DNA of 64,000 nt from Eutreptiella sp. 'Long Island Sound 2002'. Lineage: Eukaryota > Protista > Euglenida. Made by a program: the position numbers and the translations under genes. The stretch is from the NCBI GenBank assembly GCA_964036045.1, contig OZ038378.1, positions 9,052,001-9,116,000 of the forward strand. The letters run 5' to 3'. The notes under the pieces were generated by a model. That model did no database searches and had not been told where the DNA came from. It saw only the letters and a program-made list of their open reading frames with translations. This document shows, piece by piece, positions 10,335-22,260 of this stretch. How positions within the stretch are numbered: position 1 is the stretch's first letter; each line of letters opens with the position of its first letter.

Positions 10335-13300
10335 AGCCTAGCCCCAGTGCCCTGGGAAGATCCAGACCCTGCTATGGTCCAGGAAATTCAACGTGAGAGC
10401 AGCGGTTACACCCTGGATGTCCTGAAAAATCAACTACGACCTCGAGTCGCCGTAGAGACTACTCTTGGGGGAGACGAGTACGTGGTGTCTGACACTGTTG
10501 CCCCCAGCTCCCCCTGCCGTGTACCTAATCCTGATGTAGTCTCAGAGTGTGGGCTATCCGAGCTACCCAGCTCTATACACTCTGATGACGAGATTGAGCA
10601 TGACGCCTTCTTTGTGCAGACGTGCGTGGGGGAAGTGGAGAACGCCGAGTACGCTACCCCACTGAAACCCCTACTCTCCATGAGGGGAGAGGAGCCCCTG
10701 GACGAGGAGCTGGATCACCGATCCACGCTGAGAGAGTACCTGGACTCCAAGAGGAGATTGGTGGTGAAAACGCTATGCTACGCTAGGCCTACCCGCCGCT
10801 CCTGGCCGGTGAAGCAATGGTCTATGGGAGATATCTCCCAACTGAAGGAGGACCTCGAACAGAAAATTACCACCTGGCAAAGAGAGGTGGATCTGAAGCT
10901 CATGAAGAGCGTGTGGGGTGCCCATGTGAGGACCCCGGAGGAGGATGAACTCTCAGAGGAATGCGTATGCGAGCCCCCTCGAGTGTGCCCATGTTGTCAC
11001 CGTCCACCTGAGACTGTGGAACAGGACCTTCTCTACGCCTACCAAGGGCTGAAGGATACGACCAAGGACGCTGAGCCGGTTGAGGACCACCTCCCCGCTT
11101 CTATACACCAAGGGGCAAGCAATCTACACTCTGACGAGGACATGGAGGACAAGATCAAACTCTTGGACCCTAGAGTACAGAAGCTGATCAGGACCTATCT
11201 GGAGGTATTCGGAGAACTACCCCCTCCAGCCTCCTGTGACAAGCTGGTACAGATGGACCTCAAGCTGAAGCCCGAGTTCGTGGGTCACAAGATACGTAGG
11301 AGACCCTACCCGGCTCCAGAAGAGCAGGCCGCTGAGATGGAGTGACAGATACAAGAATGTATCGACGCTGGTCTGGTCCTGGAGTACAAGGATGGGGACT
11401 ACCCCCAACACTGCAGCCCCTGTTTCCTGGTGGCTAAGCCTGGGTCTACAGCCAAACGGCTGGTAGTGGACTATGGAGAGCTGAACAAGAAGACACTGAA
11501 CCACTCAGGGTCCATTCCTAACATGGAGTCAACCCTCAAGAAGATAGCCTCCTGCCGCGACAAGACGAAGATGGACAAGCGGAGTGGATTCTGGCAAGTG
11601 CACCTGACGCCCAATGCCCAGGAACTCCTAGCCTTCATCACCCCTCAGGGGAGGGTGTTCAAGTGGAAGGTCATGCCCTTTGGCGTGGCTAACGCACCCG
11701 CTCTTTTTCAAGAGCTCATGAACGAGATGCTATCCATCCTATGTCGGAGACGTGTGGTGCAACAACTCATATCCCGGGGCGCGCAGATGGAAGCACACAT
11801 CGAGGACGTATGTCTGGGAACGAATACCCAAGAGGACCACCTCATCCTCTTGGGCGAGTTCTTTGCAGTCTGCCAGGAGAACCACACCAGACTCAAGCTG
11901 GAGAAGTGTCAGTTCATGCAGGAGACTATGCAGTACTTGGGGTTCGACATTGGCTATGGGTGGTGGACCCCAGCGGCCTCTAAGGCCAAACCCCTGATGG
12001 ATGCTAAGGTACGACATGAAGACCCCAAGAAAGGACTCCATGATGTACGCAGTTTGATTGGTGCCTGCAACTTCTACCGCTGCCACATCAAAAATTTCAT
12101 TTACACCAGCGCCATCGTGACGGATCTCATCAAGAAGAGTACTACCTGGCGCTGGGGCCCTCAAGAACAACAAGCGTTTGACGAGCTCCAGGACAAAATG
12201 GCCAACGCTAAGTGCTTGAACGTGCCTAGAGCACAAGGGGAAATTATCTTGGTGACTGACGCCAGCAATGTGGGCGCAGGTGGGACGTTGTTCCAGTGGC
12301 AAGCACTAGAGAAGGAGGAGTTCGACTCGGCCATTTCCCAATGAGGTACTGATGGACTAAACCGAGACGGTACTCTCAAGCACAGCTACCCTGACGACAA
12401 AGGGGTCGTGGTTCCCCTGGGTCATTGGAACTGGAAATGGAACTAGGCCCGGGGTAACTATTCTACCTATGAGCAGGAACTGCTCGCGGGTATGCTAGTG
12501 CTATCCTCTTAGTCCCGATTGTTGGGGAGTAACCCAGTGGTTTGGCTGTGTGACCAAGAACCGGTCCGCACCTTCCAGAAGGGACCCCCACCTGAGAAGG
12601 CTAAGCTCAGACGCTGGTGGACCTATCTGAGCCAGCTACGGCTCTCAGTACATCATATTGAGGGCGTCAAGAAGGAGTGTGCGGATTACATCAGCCGCAA
12701 CAAATTTGACGACATGATTGGTGCCAGGTCTGAGGAGCTAGCCAAGGAGGCATTCAGCTGTATGGATGTACACCTGGACCTCAACATGACCATGATCAGA
12801 CCGGTAGATGGACTCCGACAAGCGGAGTACCTAAAAGATTTTGGGGACATCTACAAACGCCTGCAGAAGCGTCTGGAACCTGCCCTGGTCAACCAGGAGC
12901 AGTGGAAGCGGGACAAGACCTACCTCTGGCATGAGGACCAGATAGTCGTGCCTAACGATCTTATCCCGGCACTCCTCAAGTGGACCCATGAGTCCAGTGG
13001 TCATGTGGGAGCGAACCGTACCCTGAGGCTGTTCAAGCAGTGGTTCCACTCTACGTGGACGGACGATCAGCTGCGGAAAACCCTCCAGCCCATCGTGGAC
13101 AAGTGCCCGTGTCGGTCCTGTAAACCTGGGGATATCAGGGACAGAGGTCTCTATTCGACGCTCCCTATCCTGCACTGTGCCAACAATGTTCTCTACGTGG
13201 ACTACATGGAGATGCCTAAGTTTGGGGGCTATGACGTTGCCCTAGTGGTAACCTTGGGCTGACCAAGTTTACCAGGGTGTTCCCATGCACTAAACACATC

Positions 13301-14182
13301 ACCGGCGAGGAGACCATCAAGATACTCCTGGAAGAGTGGTTCTGTGTCTATGGGGCACCCAAAGAGATTAACTCAGACAAGGACGTCCGAGTACGCTCCG
13401 ACACTGGCTGGTGCAAGAGAGTCCTGAGGTCCCTCAACGTCCAATTGTCAACGGGGATTCCCTATACTCATACGAGTAACCCCCTATGTGAGCGACAGAT
13501 TCGAGTTCTCAAAGAGAACGTGAGGATATGGTGCAAGACAGAGCGCACCAAAGACTGGCTGAGACTACTCCCTGTCATATCCTTGATGATGAACTCCCAA
13601 GAGAGTTCGTCAACTGGCTATTCGCCCCATGAGCTGTTCATGGGACGCCCGGCGTGGTTCCTACACGCTCCCTATCCTGAGGATTCCTACTCCACTGTGG
13701 CTAAGTGGGTGAAGGAGCAACAAGACAAGGTGGACAAGGCCAAGGCTACACTCCAGAGAGTGAGGGAGCGCCAGTGGAACAAGAAGAACAAGCACCGGGT
13801 GCCAGCCTCCTACCAAGAGGGAGACTGGGTGCTGGTGCACCACCGTCTGCTACCCGCCTGGCCACGCTTCACCAGCGATGACCCCTACTTTGGGCCCTAC
13901 AAGATCCTCTCTGTGGATGGTTACCGCATCACCGTGCAGTGTTCTCCCCGACTAGGGGGGACCCTGGTGTGCGCTGCTCAACAGCTCAAGCGCTACTACG
14001 ACCCAAAGGAGCTCTGTGGGGAAGAATGGGAACTAAACGACGAGGAGATCGCCGCTCTGGACCTACAGGGCGCTGCCAGCCCGATGGAGGTTGAAGGAGA
14101 ACTCCCCGACATGACTGCCGCGGAGATGGCTAAGGAAGCCTTCTACCTGGTGGAATCGGTTATCCGACGCCGCTATCGCCAA

Positions 14183-15047
14183 TGACAGGGATTCAGGGGG
14201 GTCCTCGTGAATTTGAGCGGCACCGAAATTTTCGAACTTCAGACATTTTTTTTTAAAATCCTTCAAGATTTCTGAAAATCAATCAGTCTCAGGCCGATTC
14301 CATCTCTTTCTCACCAGATCTCCAACGCCCTCCTGGACCCTGACAAACACGAAGGCAAAGTTGGTGTTCTTTTCACACAATTCATTCAAGTCCACTCTTG
14401 CTCCACGTTGGTCGTTGTACAAATGATTCTGAGAGCCTTGCCACAGCCTCAGCACGCTCCATGGTGCAGGAGTGTTCCTGCACCTCGCCGCTGCTCTACA
14501 TGTCTGAAAATAGCAAATACAAATGCACTGACGGATCAAAATACATGTCTACCGAGTTAAAAAGTTAATAGTTAAAAGGCTGGGTAATTTTCAAACCCCT
14601 GCTCTGCTTAGTGATAAGGCGGTTATTGGATACACTCGGCGTTTGAAACACTGTGGAAGGCGTCCTACGGCGACGCTGATTTCACTTCAATTGAATTCCA
14701 AATTTCAGATCCAAACCTAAAATTCAACTATCGCCGTAACATAAAATCCACGTATCGTTACTTCAGACTTGTCGTAAAATTGATAAATCCATGTCTAAAT
14801 CCACTTGACTCGCAAAGAATAAAACTATTTCAAGATAAAAAATGCAGAACACGCGCGCGATGCCGACACTGCACCGGCTGCGCTCTCAGACTGAACACAC
14901 CACAACTGAGCCAGAAAACAAAACAATCAGGAGTCAAGCGGGTCGCTTCAGTAACTGTAAACAATAGAACAGTAACGTGAGTACTTTCAGTACCGAACAG
15001 AGCCTAGGATGAATCTGCGTATGGACAACAAGACCCCATACGCGTCA
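14183..15047 (-). repeat. LTR copy (865 bp)
   Basis: TGAC...CGCGTCA termini; about 20 substitutions versus the 16196 copy counted by eye. Confidence 0.9.
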
Positions 15048-15267
15048 CCACCCTCCCTAAGAGGTTATCACTGTGGTTAGAAAATCTCTGAACACAAAGG
15101 GAGGACCTAGGCTCGGTGGTCTCGACACACACAGAATGAATTTCAAAAGTAGAGCGCCACTCTAAACAGGACGCTGAGATAACGTGCACGGCGGGGCGAT
15201 GCAGGTTGTGTACCAATCATGGGTTCAGTGAGCGTGTAACGTGAAAATAGAAGCAAATACAAAAGGC

Positions 15268-15400
15268 AGCGCGTAGCTTGCCACACACTGCAGCGCAAAG
15301 CATGCAGGTAACACAGCGCGAAGCTTGCCATACACTGCAGCGCAAAGCATGCAGGTAACGCAGCGCAAAGCTTGCAGAAGAGGCAGCGCGAAGCTTGCCA
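15268..15400 (+). repeat. About 45-bp imperfect tandem repeat (GCAGCGCGAAGCTTGCCATACACTGCAGCGCAAAGCATGCAGGTAAC-like), also at about 17281-17413
   Basis: Two full units plus partial units are directly visible in each internal region. Confidence 0.75.
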
Positions 15401-15445
15401 TACATTCCGAGTAACTAAAATTTCCCAACATCTACAGAGCAATGA

Positions 15446-15943
15446 TTAATTATCCGATAAATCAAAACACCTCGAGAGGCGGTAACGGCTTGACGCTGGC
15501 GGCGGTTGATGGCGATGAGCGTGCGGGCTGCCTTCGTGTGCTTGGGCGGAGCGAACACGCCTTAGCTGGCGTTGGGCTGCTTTGCGGCGTCCACTGTTGT
15601 TGGCCTCGTCATCGCTGCTGCTCTCAGCCTTTGGCGTTCTGGAGATTGCCCGGAACTGCCTGGGCGTCCGCGGCAGCCATTGGCGGTTGGATGCTGCACG
15701 CCTCCCACACGTGGTTCTGCCGTCGCTGCTGCTATCGCTGCTGAGCTGCAGCTGGCGGCTGCGACTCCAGTCCTCACTGACGCTCCTCTGGTTGTGCCAG
15801 GCGCGGCGCTCAGCATCCCATTGCGCGTACTGGGCTTCTGGGTCGTTGCTGCGGATCTTGAAGTCACTGGCGCTGGTGTCGAGCTCACTGGTGGACAGAG
15901 GGTTTGACTGCAGTCCCTCTAGGTGGTCCATCCAGGCTTCCAT
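15446..15943 (-). CDS. 165-aa Ser/Arg-rich ORF in internal unit 1 (second copy at 17459-17956); unknown, possibly a gag remnant
   Basis: ORF open in both internal copies; overlaps an upstream acidic ORF (MEVYIGGIDVTDDEG..., ending at 15919 / 17932). No recognisable domain. Confidence 0.3.
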   Translation of the reverse strand: MEAWMDHLEGLQSNPLSTSELDTSASDFKIRSNDPEAQYAQWDAERRAWHNQRSVSEDWSRSRQLQLSSDSSSDGRTTCGRRAASNRQWLPRTPRQFRAISRTPKAESSSDDEANNSGRRKAAQRQLRRVRSAQAHEGSPHAHRHQPPPASSRYRLSRCFDLSDN

Positions 15944-16195
15944 CCATGGGGGCGTCCGAGGTCCTCTCCAGCTGTCACTGCTGCTCCGGCGTCCGATTCC
16001 TTCGCTGCTGCTGCTGGGGCACTGTCCAAAACCCAGCGGCTGTGATCTTGGTAGCTGCTGCTGCTGCCCTCGTCGTCCGTCACGTCTATGCCGCCGATGT
16101 ACACCTCCATGGGATGCTCTGCAGTGACAGGGGCCGGCGTCGCGAGGCGGTCAGGGGCTGGCACGGCAATAATGCCTGCTTTTTCAGAATTATTT

Positions 16196-17060
16196 TGACG
16201 CGGATTCAGGGGGGTCCTCGTGAATTTGAGCGGCACCGAAATTTTCGAACTTCAGACATTTTTTTTTAAAATCCTTCGAGATTTCTGAAAATCCTTCAGT
16301 CTCAGGCCGATTCCATCTCTTTCTCACCAGATCTCCAACACCCTCCTGGACCTTGACAAACACGAAGGCAAAGTTGGTGTTCTTTTCACTCAATTCATTC
16401 AAGTCCACTCTTGCTCCACGTTGGTCGTTGTACAAATGATTCTGAGAGCCTTGCCACAGCCTCAGCACGCTCCATGGTGCAGGAGTGTTCTTGCACCTCG
16501 CCGCTGCTCTACATGTCTGGAAATAGCAAACACAAATGCACTGACGGATCAAAATACATGTCTACCGAGTTAAAAAGTTAATAGTTAAAAGGCTGGGTAA
16601 TTTTCAAACCCCTGCTCTGCTTAGTGATAAGGCGGTTATTGGATACACTCGGCGTTTGATACACTGTGGAAGGCGTCCTACGGCGACGCTCATTTCACTT
16701 CAATTGAATTCCAAATTTCAGATCCAAACCTAAAATTCAACTATCGCCGTAACATAAAATCCACGTATCGTTACTTCAGACTTGTCGTAAAATTGATAAA
16801 TTTATGTCTAAATCCACTTGAATCGCAAAGAATAAAACTATTTCAAGATAAAAAATGCAGAACACGCGCGCGATGCCGACACTGCACCGGCTGCGCTCTC
16901 AGACTGAACACATCACAACTGAGCCAGAAAACAAAACAATCAGGAGTCAAGCGGGTCGTTTCAGTAACTGTAAACAATAGAACAGTAACGTGAGTACTTT
17001 CAGTACCGAACAGAGCCTAGGACGAATCTGCGTATGGACAACAAGACCCCATACGCGTCA
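16196..17060 (-). repeat. Central shared LTR copy (865 bp)
   Basis: Perfect 7-bp terminal inverted repeats TGACGCG / CGCGTCA. Confidence 0.9.
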
Positions 17061-18208
17061 CCACCCTCCCTGTGAGGTTATCACTGTGGTTAGAAAACCT
17101 CTGAACACAAAGGGAGGACCTAGGCTCGGTGGTCTGGACACACATAGAACGAATTTGAAAAGTAGAGCGCCACTCTAAACAGGACGCTGGGATAACGTGC
17201 ACGGCGGGGCAATGCACGTTGTGTACCAATCATGGGTTCAGTGAGCGTGTAACGTAAAAGTAGAAGCAAATACAAAAGGCAGCGCGTAGCTTGCCACACA
17301 CTGCAGCGCAAAGCATGCAGGTACCACAGCGCGAAGCTTGCCATACACTGCAGCGCAAAGCATGCAGGTAACGCAGCGCAAAGCTTGCAGAAGAGGCAGC
17401 GCGAAGCTTGCCATACATTCCGAGTAACTAAAATTTCCCAACATCTACAGAGCAATAATTAATTATCCGATAAATCAAAACACCTCGAGAGGCGGTAACG
17501 GCTTGACGCTGGCGGGGGTTGATGGCGATGAGCGTGCGGGCTGCCTTCGTGTGCTTGGGCGGAGCGAACACGCCTTGGCTGGCGTTGGGCTGCTTTGCGG
17601 CGTCCACTGTTGTTGGCCTCGTCATCGCTGCTGCTCTCAGCCTTTGGCGTTCTGGAGATTGCCCGGAACTGCCTGGGCGTCCGCGGCAGCCATTGGCGGT
17701 TTGATGCTGCACGCCACCCACACGTGGTTCTGCCGTCGCTGCTGCTATCGCTGCTGAGCTGCAGCTGGCGGCTGCGACTCCAGTCCTCACTGACGCTCCT
17801 CTGGTTGTGCCAGGTGCGGCGCTCAGCATCCCATTGCGCGTACTGGGCTTCTGGGTCGTTGCTGCGGATCTCGAAGTCACTGGCGCTGGTGTCGAGCTCA
17901 CTGGTGGACAGAGGGTTTGACTGCAGTCCCTCTAGGTGGTCCATCCAGGCTTCCATCCATGGGGGCGTCCGAGGTCCTCTCCAGCTGTCACTGCTGCTCC
18001 GGCGTCCGATTCCTTCGCTGCTGCTGCTGGGGCACTGTCCAAAACCCAGCGGCTGTGATCTTGGTAGCTGCTGCTGCTGTCCTCGTCGTCCGTCACGTCT
18101 ATGCCGCCGATGTACACCTCCATGGGCTGCTCTGCAGTCACAGGGGCCGGCGTCGCGAGGCGGTCAGGGGCTGGCACGGCAATAATGCCTGCTTTTTCAG
18201 AATTATTT

Positions 18209-19073
18209 TGACGCGGATTCAGGGGGGTCCTCGTGAATTTGAGCGGCACCGAAATTTTCGAACTTCAGACATTTTTTTTTAAAATCCTTCGAGATTTCTG
18301 AAAATCCTTCAGTCTCAGGCCGATTCCATCTCTTTCTCACCAGATCTCCAACACGCTCCTGGACCCTGACAAACACGAAGGCAAAGTTGGTGCTCTTTTC
18401 ACTCAATTCATTCAAGTCCACTCTTGCTCCACGTTGGTCGTTGTACAAATGATTCTGAGAGCCTTGCCACAGCCTCAGCACTCTCCATGGTGCAGGAGTG
18501 TTCCTGCACCTCGCGGCTGCTCTACATGTCTGAAAATAGCAAACACAAATGCACTGACGGATCAAAATACATGTCTACCGAGTTAAAAAGTTAATAGTTA
18601 AAAGGCTGGGTAATTTTCAAACCCCTGCTCTGCTTAGTGATAAGTCGGTTATTAGATACACTCGGCGTTTGAGACACTGTGGAAGGCGTCCTACGGCGAC
18701 GCTCATTTCACTTCAATTGAATTCCAAATTTCAGATCCAAACCTAAAATTCAACTATCGCCGTAACCTAAAATCCACGTATCGTTACTTCAGACTTGTCG
18801 TAAAATTGATAAATCCATGTCTAAATCCACTTGACTCGCAAAGAATAAAACTATTTCAAGATAAAAAATGAAGAACACGCGCACGATGCCGACACTGCAC
18901 CGGCTGCGCTCACAGACTGAACACACCACAACTGAGCCAGAAAAAAAAACAATTACGGATCAAGCGAGTCATTTCAGTAACTGTAAACAATAAAACAGTA
19001 ACGTCAGTACTTTCAGTACCAAACAGAGTGTATGACTAATCTGCGTATGGACAACAAGACCCCATACGCGTCA
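18209..19073 (-). repeat. LTR copy (865 bp; the 5' LTR on the - strand)
   Basis: TGACGCG...CGCGTCA; more divergent near 18940-19040. Confidence 0.9.
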
Positions 19074-20471
19074 CCAAAGGTGGCGTTTCCTCACCCTCTT
19101 GGAAGGGTTTGGAGTTGAAGAAGCTACCTGGGAACCCTCTTCTGCCTTTGTGCTTCCTGAGGGACCCCTGAATCGTGTTGTGGTAGACTACTTGTGCCAG
19201 AACAACCTAGGAGAGTTGCTGAGGCTCGCTGAAACGCTTGCCTCTCAGAAGAAGCCTAGGGACTGAACCCTTCCTATACCTGCCTATGTGTGTGTGAGTG
19301 TGCTGATCCTGAGGACCTATGAGCAAGCTGCAGAAATGGTGTCCTAATTATACCCAAGTCTGCACCCTTGCTGAACCCGGCGGATGTCTTTACACGGTGC
19401 CACGGGCTACGCCCCGGGTCTCTCAGCCCCTAGGTGCCCAATTTTTGTGCTGGCACAAGACTTCCTACGGAGAATACCCAGCGCTAACGCCAAGGTATTG
19501 GTTTTCCTACCTACCTTTTTGCACTGAACAGCGCCTTTTGTGGCTGGCCAGGCCAGTTTTCCTACCTACCTGCCTACTACAAGGGAGGGGTGGCCAAAAG
19601 CTATGAGGCATGAAAAAGCCTATTTGCAACACGGCCAAAACCTAGAGTACCATTGCCACTGCCCACCAAAACCCTGAAAAAATTTCAGGAAACAGGCGGG
19701 ACAGTGACACACACACTACAGGTCCTACACTCACTACAGTGGCACCAGCCTTCGAAGGATGAGCTAGCTCTGGGCTCAAGCCCTCACCCAGGCCTACCAC
19801 TCCTACACACACACGCTACTTGGTGTTGGGGAAGAACATGTCTCAGGCCCTAGTGGCCCACCTGTGAAAGGACAAGAGAACACAGCGCTACTAAGCAACT
19901 GTGGCCTAACAGGGACACCACTACGTGTTTCTCTGTCAGGGCTTGGAGGGAAGGAGTGCTCTGTTTGCGTGCACAGCGTGTATGATGAACAGATCGGACT
20001 GCCCTCGCCACTCCTGGCTAAGGTACAGTTTGTTGATTGTGTGATCTGCACCGCATGGTTTAGCGCAGTAGGGAACTGCACCAATTCACCCTTACCTGCC
20101 CACCTGTAAAGCAGAGGCGGATGAACTTGGTTTGAGACGGAGGAACCAAGCCAGCCTCCACGTATTATACGCTTCTCAGGCTGACCTATAATACGCTGTT
20201 CCCAAACCAAATTACAAGCAAGCAAGCTTAAGGAACTCCACCCGTTCTCTTATAGACTATGGGGTGGAGCCCCTGGGTAACCTAAACAAGGGGTATACCG
20301 TGCGCAACACGCGTGGCCTACCCTTTAATGCGCCATATGCATGCACGGGTATGCAGGAGTCTGGCAATCGACTATTTTTATTCACTCAATCTCCAATAAT
20401 TCATACCCTTCTCAATCACGAACTCAACCAGGGGGTGGCCCCTCCTGGGCTTACTCACCTTACCTACCGCT

Positions 20472-20924
20472 GGAGAGAGAGAGCAAGAGGGAGCGTGACA
20501 CCAAACACAAGCGAAGCAAATCATTTATGCACACATGTGTATGTTCTAATCAGTGCTACAAAACAGGCAGGTTGGTGTGTAAGAGCAGTTGTCATGGTTG
20601 CCCCGCGTTGCATCGCAGGATAGGACCCTTAGCCCCCCATGACAACCAGTCCCTGGCCGAAAGCCATCGTTTTTGCCCCAATCTCACCTCTAATCATCGT
20701 GCAATCTCCTAATCAATCCCTCTACTCTACGTTTGCGTTGCTACACGACTTGTCAGCGGAAACACGAGACAAGCAATGAGCATGCTGCATGCGAAGCAAA
20801 CACAACCTGTATGTTTATACCTCTTTCTTTGAATTCATATTGAATTTTCGGATTCTTCATTCTTGATCTCCCCTAGAAGCATGCGTGGAATCTCTAGGTT
20901 TATTATTTATTGTGTGTCTCGTCA
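20472..20924 (+). repeat. Candidate PPT (20472-20493) and 3' LTR of E2 (20496-20924, TGAC...GTCA)
   Basis: Purine run GGAGAGAGAGAGCAAGAGGGAG followed by TGACACC; GTCA at 20924. No second copy in the window. Confidence 0.35.
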
Positions 20925-21982
20925 TTTCCTGATTATTACCTGACATACTGTTATAATCTTATTTTCTCTGTCTTTTCCGGCGCCCAATTAGGATGCGCTC
21001 CGGCGCGCCGCTTTTTTTTTGCGTGTAAATCCAGGGATTTAAAAATTCCTGTCATAAAATAAAATTGCGTAAAAATGTGCATTTGATGCACATGGAGATT
21101 CTGGACAGGTGTGTACCCTCAGAAAAATGCTAGGCCGTCATTTGACGGATTTTTGGTGTTTGTGTCGATCGTTGCGTGTTTGTCAGTCCCTAAACCCTTC
21201 GTCCCTTCTCTGTAGATATCCTGGAGCGCAAACAGTGGAGTAGGCCGTGTTCTGGCCGAAAAACTGACTCCTGGACCAATGTCCAGAATCCAACACCCCC
21301 ATGAGGGCAAAATAATTTTCAACGCCTCCCCCTTGCACTAAGGACGGATCAGGTCAGACAGCAGGTTCAACGAGACCCCAGACAGCGTGCCCCGATCGTA
21401 TCCTGCGTTGGGTTTTGTGTATTGCACTGCGTTTTGCTATTCGGAGGCAGAGGTGTATGCACACATGAATTGGTATGCCCATTCTCACCCCCTGCCAAGC
21501 CACAGCTGCCCCAGCGACGCCAATGAGCGCAGTGGGAGCTGTAGGTGTCTGTTATGACTAAGCAAAAACTGGCGACCGCCCTGACGCAGCGCCTTCTTTC
21601 CAATGTTAGGGATGGTATAGGAAATTTTAAAAAGATATCGAAGCCATGGAGAGGTCAAGAAAAGTTCCCTTTTTCCTTTGAAATGCGACAGTGGTGGCCA
21701 CCACAGCACAAGGGGTGAGTGAGAAAAAGTGTATTTCCCTGCCAAAAGGTTAACTTTAGTTGTCATAAAGAGGCCTAAAGGCATATCCCATTTTTATCTT
21801 AGTATTGGCCTATCCAAAAGGGGTGACAAGACATTTTGACCTATAAAACCAAGCATTGAACTATGGATGTTGTGTGGACCCCTGACCCCCCGCCTGATTG
21901 GACTTATACACCATTTCCTGGACTGACTGAGGCGCTGACATTAATCCTGAGCCTATACATTTTTCTATATTTTCTCATGAAT

Positions 21983-22075
21983 GCTTAGCAATCCTAGTGG
22001 TCTGCACCCTAGGGGGCTGTGGCACCTCTTTTGGAGAGGTCCTGGGTTCAGTTCCCAGTCAGCCTAGCTAAGTAG
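21983..22075 (+). repeat. Degenerate tRNA-derived (SINE-head-like) fragment
   Basis: GAGGTCCTGGGTTCAGTTCCCAG (22036-22058) resembles a tRNA T-arm/B-box, with an A-box-like TAGTGG about 40 nt upstream; no full cloverleaf. Confidence 0.3.
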
Positions 22076-22260
22076 GAAGATCCCATCTGACATGGCAGTG
22101 ACCTCAGCGCCACAAGCCATGCCACCTCAGCACCTATGGGACCCAAAACAAAGAGTGCACATCTCTAGATTGCACTATAAAAGAGAGGATGCCCATGTGG
22201 GCAGTTTTCACATGATTGTAGGATATTTTCTAACTATCTTTTCTTAACTCTGTAGTTATT

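Larger units (their letters stand above)
14183..19073 (-). mobile_element. Non-autonomous LTR element in tandem form LTR-internal-LTR-internal-LTR (2013-bp period), flanked by a CCAA target-site duplication
   Basis: CCAA at 14179-14182 and 19074-19077; removing the insert restores the E2 frame (RRYRQ|RWRF). LTR copies start at 14183, 16196 and 18209, exactly 2013 bp apart. A PPT-like GGGAGGGTGG lies on - next to the LTRs (15048-15057, 17061-17070). No RT or IN coding. Confidence 0.92.
8991..19266 (+). mobile_element. pol: Ty3/gypsy (chromovirus-like) element E2: gag C-terminus, protease, MT-like domain, RT, RNase H, integrase, chromodomain; decayed, and split by the 14183-19073 insertion
   Basis: In-frame chain 8991-9440 (low-complexity gag-like), 9471-9920 (LDTGATISIV protease), 9939-11345, 11430-12344 (RLVVDY, KWKVMPFG, HIED, QYLG, VTDAS), 12519-13262 and 13277-14185 (H-H-C-C, LYVDY, INSD, ERQIR, GPY); the chromodomain resumes at 19078 (RWRFLTLLEGFGVEEATWEP) and ends at TGA 19266. 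Several in-frame stops and one frameshift. Confidence 0.95.

Noticed and set aside
14183-19073. Ordinary segmental tandem duplication or assembly artefact
   Set aside because: TG...CA termini, PPT, TSD and restoration of the host frame show it is an LTR element; the units differ at many sites.
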